From positions 43,905 to 107,904 of IMG/VR virus record IMGVR_UViG_3300003321_000691: DNA of 64,000 nucleotides. One strand, 5' to 3'. The position numbers and the translations under genes are program-made. The notes below the pieces were generated by a model. The model worked only from the letters and a program-made list of their open reading frames with translations, did no database searches and was not told where the DNA came from. Below are positions 18,982 through 26,863 of this stretch, one piece after another. Every line of letters starts with the position of its first letter. Position 1 is the stretch's first letter. The DNA comes from a virus.

Positions 18982-21174
18982 CTACGCGATCTCCTTGCGG
19001 TGCTTCGGGGCCCAGGTGTTCCAGGCTCCGGCGCTCTGCGAACGAGCGCGATTGAGTGCGGCTGCCTCGTCGAGGTCGTCCGCATCGGTCTTCTGCTGGT
19101 CGACGGCGGTCACGGCCGTCTTGCGGGCTTCGGCGAGCGCCTCGGCGCCGGCCGCGGTCTCGACCGCATCCTGACGGGCGCGCTTGAGGGCGCCATCGAA
19201 CAGGGCATCGACGTACGCCTCCGGCTTGTCGGCCGGGACGTCTTCCTTGTCGACATGCTTGACGACGGCGCGCTTGATCTCGATGGTCGACATTGAGGTG
19301 TCGACCTTGGCGCCGGTCTTCAGAGCCTTGGTGATGAGGTCGACGCGAGCAGCGACGGCCTTGTTCTGGGCGTCGGCCGCATCGTTGCGTGCCTTCTTGG
19401 CCTCGGCCTTGGCGGCTTCGAGGTCCTTCTTGAGGCTGGCGATTTCGCCTTCGGCCTTGGCCAGGGCGGTCTCGGCCTTGTCGGCGCGGGCCCTCTCGGC
19501 CTTGATCTTTTCGCTCTTGAGCATGTTGGTGTCCTGGTGGTCGAGGGTCTGGCGGTGCGCCTTCTCGAATCCCTCGCTGGAGATGCCGAAGTGCTTGGCG
19601 CGCTTGGTGATCCGGTTGAAAGCGGCGTGCTTCTCTTCCGGGTCCTTGAAGTCGAACTGGGCGAACCGCGACATCGCGGCGCGGGTGTGGTCGGGGTCGT
19701 GGATGGGCAGGCCCTCGCGGTCGGGCACCGCGAAGCTGGTCGTCGCCATCTTGTGGCGAGCCTCGGCGGTCAACTTCCCGGCGTCATCGTACGAAGCCGT
19801 GTAGGCGTCGTCGTGCTCTTGCTCGTCGTCATCCTGGTCGTCGTCATCCGAGTCATCGTCGGAGTCGTCGTCCTGGTCGTCGTCCTGGTCGTCGTCATCC
19901 GAGTCATCGTCGGAGTCAGCCTGGGGCTGGCCGTCCATCTGCTCGCCGTGACCGCCAAGGCCGTCTTCGTTCTCGTCGGAGGCAGTCACGTCGTCTTCGT
20001 CGTCGACGTCCGCACTGGAGTCCTGGACCTCTTCCGACTCGGCACCGGCTGGCTTCTTCGCCTTCTTGCCAGGCTTGGCGTCATTCTCGCCACGTGCGTT
20101 GCGACTCGCCTCGTCCTTGTCGTCCGGGTCCTTGTCCGCCGGCTTGCCAGCCTGCGTCTTCGGTTCCTCGTCCGCATCGGTGCGGTCTAGGGCGTCAGCC
20201 ATGTTTTGGATAATGGCATGGTTCTTGCATGCGTCAAGCAAGTCCTCGATGCTCGAATAGCCTAGGATGGCCGCGTCCTTCTTGGTGACGTACTTGGCTA
20301 GCTCGGCGTTTCGCTTCAGGTCGGCGAACTTCTGCGCAGCCTGCTTGTGCTCGTACTCCGAGCGCAGGTTCTGGAACTGGACGTTGGGCTTGGCTTCGCG
20401 TTTCGCCGCCTTGTCGTGCTCGGCGGCCTGCGCCTCGTGCTCTTTGGCGCCCTTCTTGTCGCCAGCAGCCTTCGCTGCGGCAGCAGCGGCACGGTGGAGC
20501 GCGGCGGCTTTGTCGTGGCCTTTGCCTGAGCTGTGGGCTTGGATGCTGGCGCGGTTCGCGTCCTCTCCGGCCCGACCGGCGGCGGCCCTACGAGCCTCAG
20601 CAGACGCCTCCCGCGCCGCGTCACTCCACTCGTCCATGACGACGGAGGCGGCGTCCAGGCGGATGCGGGCGCTGTTGCCGGCGCGAGCGGTGTCGACGAT
20701 CGCGATGTGGTTGCCGCGAATGTTTCGCTGGATCGCGTCGTAGTGCCCGTACGTCGGATGCACGCCCGGCACTTCTTCGAGGTCACACGTGTAGCCGGCG
20801 CTGACCTGGTTCTTGTTCGGCAGTTTGCCGACGACGTCGCCGTCGTAGATCGCCAGGTCCCCGCGAACGTGGTCGTCGTCGCGGATGGGGGTGCCCATCA
20901 GGGCCCCGACCGCGTACTTCCGGGCGTTGTGCGCGTCGAGCATCTCCGGCGGGTGGTCGTCGGTGACTGGCACGCCGTTGAATGAGGACAGTGCCGCGGT
21001 GTCGAACACATCCTCGGGGAGGCGTAGTTCGCGACGGACAGAACCGTCAGGATTCAGGTAGTTGAATACACCACACCGCGTGATGTGGGCCTGGACGCGG
21101 AGGGTGCCGTCCTCCCGGCGTGTGGCGGGGCGCAGCTCTCCGAGGTCGAGACGTCGGGCGACGCGAAGCATCAC
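18982..21174 (-). CDS. prohead protease-scaffold (DUF2213-like) with acidic linker and DUF6582-like insert
   Basis: RCGVFNY, PVTDDHP, VSAGY, NHIAIV..ARAG; insert FAVPDREGLPIHDPDHTRAAMSRF; C-terminal coiled coil. Confidence 0.85.
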   Translation of the reverse strand: MMLRVARRLDLGELRPATRREDGTLRVQAHITRCGVFNYLNPDGSVRRELRLPEDVFDTAALSSFNGVPVTDDHPPEMLDAHNARKYAVGALMGTPIRDDDHVRGDLAIYDGDVVGKLPNKNQVSAGYTCDLEEVPGVHPTYGHYDAIQRNIRGNHIAIVDTARAGNSARIRLDAASVVMDEWSDAAREASAEARRAAAGRAGEDANRASIQAHSSGKGHDKAAALHRAAAAAAKAAGDKKGAKEHEAQAAEHDKAAKREAKPNVQFQNLRSEYEHKQAAQKFADLKRNAELAKYVTKKDAAILGYSSIEDLLDACKNHAIIQNMADALDRTDADEEPKTQAGKPADKDPDDKDEASRNARGENDAKPGKKAKKPAGAESEEVQDSSADVDDEDDVTASDENEDGLGGHGEQMDGQPQADSDDDSDDDDQDDDQDDDSDDDSDDDDQDDDEQEHDDAYTASYDDAGKLTAEARHKMATTSFAVPDREGLPIHDPDHTRAAMSRFAQFDFKDPEEKHAAFNRITKRAKHFGISSEGFEKAHRQTLDHQDTNMLKSEKIKAERARADKAETALAKAEGEIASLKKDLEAAKAEAKKARNDAADAQNKAVAARVDLITKALKTGAKVDTSMSTIEIKRAVVKHVDKEDVPADKPEAYVDALFDGALKRARQDAVETAAGAEALAEARKTAVTAVDQQKTDADDLDEAAALNRARSQSAGAWNTWAPKHRKEIA

Positions 21175-21385
21175 CCAAAACTTGGCACGGATCTTGCGTG
21201 CGGTCTAGTACCGCGGGTTCACAGGTGATACGGGCAGCCGATGCGGAGGCACTTTTGGCAGGCGACCAGCGGCACGACACGAGCTGACGGGTAGTCTCGG
21301 CGCGCTCGGCGACGTAGCCGCCCGTCCTCGAAGGCTGGACCGGTGTACGCGGTGACCAGGCCGACTAGTAGCGCCAGGGTGAGCA

Positions 21386-21652
21386 TCAATCCCGGTCCTC
21401 CAGCCACCCAGCGATCACGTAGGTCCCAAGGGCGTAGCCAAAAGACTCGGGCACGAGGAACCATGGCGAGACCTTGAGAAACGCCCAGGCCATCGCCGCG
21501 CTCACATAACAGATGAGAAACGCGCATTTGGCTGCACGCCAGCGCCCGCGACGTCCGCGCGCCGCCGCGTGTGTGTAGGCAGCGATCAGCGCGTCGTAGA
21601 CCGCCGCCAGGATGAACACTCCGATACCCCACAGCAGATCGATGGCGGTCAC
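21386..21652 (-). CDS. small membrane protein (one of about 3 small ORFs between MuF and protease genes)
   Basis: VTAIDLLWGIGVFILAA..; about three hydrophobic segments. Confidence 0.5.
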   Translation of the reverse strand: MTAIDLLWGIGVFILAAVYDALIAAYTHAAARGRRGRWRAAKCAFLICYVSAAMAWAFLKVSPWFLVPESFGYALGTYVIAGWLEDRD

Positions 21653-21909
21653 GACTTCCTCCGACGAACCGGCATGTGGACCAGTTCCTTGCAGCGCGGA
21701 CAGGTCAGCGGCAGCGGGGCGACGCGCCAGCCGTCGCACGGCTTGTTGCAAACCGTCTTGCGGGCAGACTCCATCGAGGTGGCGTGTACCAGACGACCAC
21801 CACGCGGCGAGACAGGCATCCACTCCTTGACCTTCGGCGCAGGCATTCAGAGAGGTTACGGCCGCGCAGGTCATGGGTCTATAAGCTGTAACTTTCCTAG
21901 TAGTTACAA

Positions 21910-23622
21910 CTATTCCTGGTCTTCGTCCTGGACGGTGTCATCCACTTGATCTTCATCGAGATCTGTGTCTCCGACGAGGTCGTCGGCCAGGTCTTCATCG
22001 TTCCCGAGGAGGGTGGCGCCAATGTCCGTGTCCTCTTCGCCAGGATCGACCAGGGTGTCCTCATCGTCACCCTCGTCCTCGTCATCGTCGCCGAGGATGT
22101 CGTCGAGCACGGGCTCGGCGTAGCAGCGGCACTGGTAATCCTCGCCGGGGAGGATGGGTTCGTCCGCGCCCTCCGGCTGGGGTGGGTCGTCGTAGGAGAA
22201 GATTTGCCCTTCCAGGTCGTAGTGACTAGGCAGGGCGTTAGGGTACTTGCCGTCGGGGTTACCACGGACCCGCTCGTCGCGGACGGTGCGCCACACGAAC
22301 CGGCGGATACCTAGCTTGCGCTGGCGGTGGTGATTGACGTCGGCGTAGAGCTTGCCGATCTGGTCGCGAGCGATAAGCCGGGCGTGGCGCTCGGCCACCC
22401 CGAAGCGCTCCTCGATATCTTCGCGCAGCTCGTCGCTAGGGCGGCCGTTGCGTACGGCTTCGAGCACCAGCTCTTGGAGATCGTCGTGGAGGTCGGACGG
22501 GATGCGCGAGATCAGCCCGACGTTCTCGCGGACGAAGTCGTCGATGCGCTCGACGGTGTCGATGTCGTCGATGCTGTCCGGGTCGATGCCGATGGCGTCG
22601 TGGAGCTGGTCATGGAGCTGCCGGCGCTGGAACGTATCGGTCTGCTCGGCGAACTGTTTGGCGACCGCGGCAATCTGCGGCTTGTTCGTCGCCTTGCGCA
22701 GGTCCGACGCGGCGCCGTCGATGAGCTTCTGGGCCTTGTGGGATTCTGGGGAGTCTGTGCGTTTTTGTGGTGGCGCAAGTGACACGATCTCGCTCGTGCC
22801 GTATTTGTCCACAGTCACAATCCCGTCGAAGCCTAGGTCTCGCAGGTGCTTCGTTAGAGCGGCGCCGGTTTTGCCGGTCGCTTCGTGTAGCCGTGCTTTC
22901 CAACCTTCCGGTCCGTATAGTGGTCCAGTCTTACCGGACAACGGGATCACCAGAGGAGACTTGAACTTGACGGTATCGACTTCCCAGCCCGGCGGCGGTG
23001 TGTCCTTACCGGGACCGTGAAGCATATATCGTCCATGGGGTTCGATATCCTGGCCGTACTGCCCGGTCTTCGGCGCCTTCTCGGTGTTGTGTAGAGCGCG
23101 AAATTTGACCGGGACACCGGTCTGGAACTTGACGCCGTTTTCCGTGATTTTCGCCAAACCGCCCGACAAGCGCTCGACGAACGCGCGTTTCTCGGAGCCA
23201 CCAGCCCCTGTCCAGCGCCCGCTCTCGTCCCGTGGCTCGTCAGGATCGTAGTCGAAACGTTCCTTCCTTTTCTCGGCGAGCTTGGGTACCTCGCGCAGGA
23301 CGTCTTTGTACGCCGCGCGGACCCAGCCCATGAGCATGCGCACGAGGCGCGCCGCGTACTGCTCCTCGATACGCAACGGTGGCAGCATCTGCCGACCCTT
23401 GCGTGGTCGACGCGTACTCGCGTCGCAGTGGACAATCCTACCCGAGTGCAGACGGACGTCGAACGAGTCCTGATGCGGGTGGGCTTTGAACCACTCGATC
23501 TGGCCCAGACGCTTGGCGGCGGCACGCTTGGACTGGTAGCGGCGGGAGAGCCGCTTGCCTGTCTTCTCGCTGAATACCGCCCAGCCCAACCCCGAGCGAC
23601 GGACTACGTCAGCGCGGTCCAC
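21910..23622 (-). CDS. MuF / SPP1 gp7-like minor head protein with internal ART-like domain and acidic tail
   Basis: ARLIARDQIGK, WRTVRDERVR, PGEDYQCRC; insert ..KFKSPLVI..LGFDGIV..TSEIVSL. Confidence 0.85.
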   Translation of the reverse strand: MDRADVVRRSGLGWAVFSEKTGKRLSRRYQSKRAAAKRLGQIEWFKAHPHQDSFDVRLHSGRIVHCDASTRRPRKGRQMLPPLRIEEQYAARLVRMLMGWVRAAYKDVLREVPKLAEKRKERFDYDPDEPRDESGRWTGAGGSEKRAFVERLSGGLAKITENGVKFQTGVPVKFRALHNTEKAPKTGQYGQDIEPHGRYMLHGPGKDTPPPGWEVDTVKFKSPLVIPLSGKTGPLYGPEGWKARLHEATGKTGAALTKHLRDLGFDGIVTVDKYGTSEIVSLAPPQKRTDSPESHKAQKLIDGAASDLRKATNKPQIAAVAKQFAEQTDTFQRRQLHDQLHDAIGIDPDSIDDIDTVERIDDFVRENVGLISRIPSDLHDDLQELVLEAVRNGRPSDELREDIEERFGVAERHARLIARDQIGKLYADVNHHRQRKLGIRRFVWRTVRDERVRGNPDGKYPNALPSHYDLEGQIFSYDDPPQPEGADEPILPGEDYQCRCYAEPVLDDILGDDDEDEGDDEDTLVDPGEEDTDIGATLLGNDEDLADDLVGDTDLDEDQVDDTVQDEDQE

Positions 23623-23623
23623 A

Positions 23624-24196
23624 TCATTCGTCGTCGCGGTCCGAGTGCATCGGTCCCGGGACAGGCGGCGCGGCCTTCGGCTTCTTCTTGCGGGTCTTCG
23701 CCGGCACGACCTCACCCGGCGCGTCGTGGCTTAGACCCGGCGGCGCCTTGGTTGGGTTCGTGGAGGCGTGCTTGCGAGCGGACTTGATCTTCTTGGCGAC
23801 CTTGCCGGGCACGAGTGGACGCCCGTACAGGTCCGGGCCCGTAGCACCGGCCTCGACCGCGTCGCCGTTAAGGACGTTGGGCTGAGGCGGCGTGTTCGGG
23901 TCGGGCGCGGCGGCCTTCTTGGGGTCGTACGCGTCCTGCCGGCTCTTGCCGACGGTTGTGTCCACGACGTCCATGCGGGACGAGTTGGCGTACTCCGCGA
24001 CGATCGCGTCGAGGAAATCCTGCCCATCGTCGATGTGCTTCACGCCCTTGCCAGGCAAGTAGAACCCGTCTCGCTCCGCGATCTGGCGGAAGCTGTCGGA
24101 GTGATAGATGGCGTGAATGCCACCTTGCGGGGTCAGGTCGAACTCGGCTAGGACGGTCTCGGTGTCCCAGTTGATAGCTTTGACAATTAGACTCAC
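23624..24196 (-). CDS. hypothetical protein coupled to the kinase-like gene (possible immunity partner)
   Basis: start overlaps upstream stop; globular N-half, Pro/Lys-rich C-half after RQD. Confidence 0.6.
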   Translation of the reverse strand: MSLIVKAINWDTETVLAEFDLTPQGGIHAIYHSDSFRQIAERDGFYLPGKGVKHIDDGQDFLDAIVAEYANSSRMDVVDTTVGKSRQDAYDPKKAAAPDPNTPPQPNVLNGDAVEAGATGPDLYGRPLVPGKVAKKIKSARKHASTNPTKAPPGLSHDAPGEVVPAKTRKKKPKAAPPVPGPMHSDRDDE

Positions 24197-26277
24197 GGGA
24201 TGCCCTCCATCGCTTTGTTGGCGCGTGCACGGACTTCGGGCGAGTAGGTCACCTTACGCAAGTGGTTCCAGCCCAGGCCGTAGCTGTAGTCATGCTTAGC
24301 ATTCTCGATTGCGAGGATGCTGTGGTCCGCTTTGAGATGCTCTGCACGCAGCGCGACATGCTCGATGGCCTCACGCTCGATGCCGGCGGCGTGTAGCTCG
24401 CGAGCGAGATGGGCCGTGTTGATGGACTGGATCTGGTCGTGGGTCGATGGCAGCAGCCCATGGTCGTGCGGAACGTTATCGTATGGGTAGATGAAACGCT
24501 CCGGCTCACCCTTCGGGAGCGAGAGGCCGTTGTCGATCATGGCCGGCATTTTCCGGCCGTCCGAGGTCGTGGTCACGACCACGTTACCTTTGTGGCGGTC
24601 GCTGCCGCCCATGATGTAGTCGGCTACGCGCATGCGTTCGGCGCCATCTCGGTCAAACGTAGTCGAGCGCGCGTCGGCGAGGACATCGCCGTCCGCCCAC
24701 GCGTGGAGGCTGCCCTTCTGGACCTGGCTTCCGCTCGTGTTCGGGAACTCTTTGACCACGCAAGCTGGCACGAGGTCCTGAGCCCCGAGTAGCGGAGCCA
24801 CACGTGACACCGCCGCCTCGCGGAGGTAGTAGGTGCCCGGATCGATGTTGCCGCGGGCGAAGCGCTCGCCATCTGCCGGCTTCCAATTGGCTCGGGTGCC
24901 GTCGTCGAGCTTGAACTTCTCCTTACCTTCCATCATGCCTCCGTCGCCATTCGGCTTGCGCTCGGCGATGCTGCGGAACTCCAGCTCCGCGCGAGAGCCT
25001 GGAGAGCTGTCGCGGGCGAGCCCCGACGGCCGTAGTGCGTCACGCTCGGCGTTAGCCTTGTCACGAGCAGCCTCGGCGGCGCGGCGCTCGGCGCGGGCCT
25101 CACGCATCTCGCGATGCAGGTCGCCCGCAGCAACGCTGGCGAGGCTGTGGCTTTGCTGGCCGGCCTTGGCCCACGCTTCGTTGGCAACCTGCTCGCGGGC
25201 GAGCGCGACCCCGGCGGCAACCTGGGCCTCGTTGGCAGCCTTCTGCGCCGCGGCGAACTTCTCGGCCTTCTCCTTGCGGACGGCCTCGGCCTTGATCGCC
25301 GCTTCCATGCGGGCGACCTCGGCCTCCTTCTCCTTGGCGACCTGCTCGCGGACACGCTCGCGGACGGCGCTCTCGCGCTCGGCGTTCTCACCTAGCTTGG
25401 CGTTGTTGCGGACGGCACGTTCCTCGCGATCACGGATCTCCTTGGCTCCGGCGGTCAGTTCGTGGTCCGGGAAGTTCTGCTGGCCTGGGAGCGTGCGTGC
25501 GGCGGAAGGCTCTTGGCCCTCCTTGGCGGCCCGAGCGTTTTCCTCCTCCAGGATCTTTCCACCCCGCACCTTCATTGCGTACGGGTCCATGCCGGACGCT
25601 GCCTCGTACTCTTTGCCCCACAGCCCGCGCTTGTAGTCGCGACCTGGCTGCTTGAACGCCTCACGCGCCTTGTCGGCCTCGCGCTGGGCGTTGTAGTCGT
25701 TGCCGAAGCCGGCCGCGACCTTCTCTTTGGCAGCGCGCTCGGCCTCGCGTTGGGCGTAGCGAGCCTCGCGGGCCTCGCGCTCGGCCTTCTCCTTCTCCGC
25801 ACGCTTCTTGGCGAAGGCCTCGGCGCGCTTGCGTCCGGCAGCGGCGTCCTTCTCCTTCTTCTCCTTGTTGAAGGCCGTCGTACCGATCTCGGCCTTGCGC
25901 TTCGCGACGTTCGCCGCGCGTGCGTTCTTACGCTTCTCGATCGCGGCAGCCTTGCGTTCGGCCGTGTTCGGCGCCGCCTTGGCTCCGCCGGCCTCCGCAA
26001 AACGCCCCGCTTCGTCGCGTGGGTGCTGGGACTCGTCGAAGTCGTCCTGCCGGTGCCCTTGCTGCGGTGCGTCGGGCGCAGCATACACGTAGGCCGGGTC
26101 GCCCGTCTCGGCGCAGTGGTCACGGCGAGCACGCTCGGCATCGTCCGCGTTGTCCCAGTGCGACACGAGATAGAGCCCCTCACCGGGCGGCTCTTGGCGG
26201 TCAACGGCAACGACATTGAAGCCGCGCTCGGGCGTCAGCGCCTTGATCTGTGCGAACGCGGCGTCAATCCAGCTCAT
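24193..26277 (-). CDS. head-associated protein with coiled coil and C-terminal PI3/4-kinase / HipA-like domain
   Basis: WKP..REAAV..GSL..DYIMGGSDRHKGN..IDNGL; N-terminal FDESQHPRDEAGRF tag. Confidence 0.8.
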   Translation of the reverse strand: MSWIDAAFAQIKALTPERGFNVVAVDRQEPPGEGLYLVSHWDNADDAERARRDHCAETGDPAYVYAAPDAPQQGHRQDDFDESQHPRDEAGRFAEAGGAKAAPNTAERKAAAIEKRKNARAANVAKRKAEIGTTAFNKEKKEKDAAAGRKRAEAFAKKRAEKEKAEREAREARYAQREAERAAKEKVAAGFGNDYNAQREADKAREAFKQPGRDYKRGLWGKEYEAASGMDPYAMKVRGGKILEEENARAAKEGQEPSAARTLPGQQNFPDHELTAGAKEIRDREERAVRNNAKLGENAERESAVRERVREQVAKEKEAEVARMEAAIKAEAVRKEKAEKFAAAQKAANEAQVAAGVALAREQVANEAWAKAGQQSHSLASVAAGDLHREMREARAERRAAEAARDKANAERDALRPSGLARDSSPGSRAELEFRSIAERKPNGDGGMMEGKEKFKLDDGTRANWKPADGERFARGNIDPGTYYLREAAVSRVAPLLGAQDLVPACVVKEFPNTSGSQVQKGSLHAWADGDVLADARSTTFDRDGAERMRVADYIMGGSDRHKGNVVVTTTSDGRKMPAMIDNGLSLPKGEPERFIYPYDNVPHDHGLLPSTHDQIQSINTAHLARELHAAGIEREAIEHVALRAEHLKADHSILAIENAKHDYSYGLGWNHLRKVTYSPEVRARANKAMEGIP

Positions 26278-26816
26278 GAGGCAGACTCCAACAACTTGTC
26301 GAGATGGCCGATCATGGCCGGAACAGCAATCGTCGCGACGTAGGAGGTGTCACCGTCGGGAGCGTGGTAGTTGTAGAGCCCGAGGCCGTGCTTGAAGCCG
26401 TCGTGCTCCTTCCGGTACATCTCGACCGCGGCGCCCCCGTTCGAGACGTTCGCGATACGGTCGGCGAGCTTGAGCGCGGTGGCCCTGGGTCCCGCAGCCC
26501 GGATCTTGGGATAGGTCAGCGCGGCTCGGGTCTTCCGGTTCGGGCCGGGTTCGTTGGTGACGGCCGAAACGAGCGCCCCGACCTCCTCCCCGAAAGCCTC
26601 CTCGACGTCCCGCACAGTCGCGTCGGTGTCTTCTGGCGCGTCGTGGAGCCAGGCGGCCGTCCGCAGCGCCAGGTCATCCCCACAGAAACGCACAATCACT
26701 TCCTCGACCTTCGCGAGGTGGTGGGTGTACGGCAGGGGGCCGTAGAGTTGGCCCTTCCGGTGCACGTGGTGGTACGTGGCGAAGGACTTAGCGGCGTGGA
26801 GGGGGTCGATTTTCAT
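26274..26816 (-). CDS. HD-domain small alarmone hydrolase (Mesh1/SpoT-HD-like)
   Basis: PYTHHL, AAWLHDAPED, VSAVT, LKLADRIAN motifs. Confidence 0.85.
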   Translation of the reverse strand: MKIDPLHAAKSFATYHHVHRKGQLYGPLPYTHHLAKVEEVIVRFCGDDLALRTAAWLHDAPEDTDATVRDVEEAFGEEVGALVSAVTNEPGPNRKTRAALTYPKIRAAGPRATALKLADRIANVSNGGAAVEMYRKEHDGFKHGLGLYNYHAPDGDTSYVATIAVPAMIGHLDKLLESAS

Positions 26817-26863
26817 GGCTTCAGCTCACATATCCAATGTAAGCACGGATCTAGTTGACGCAA

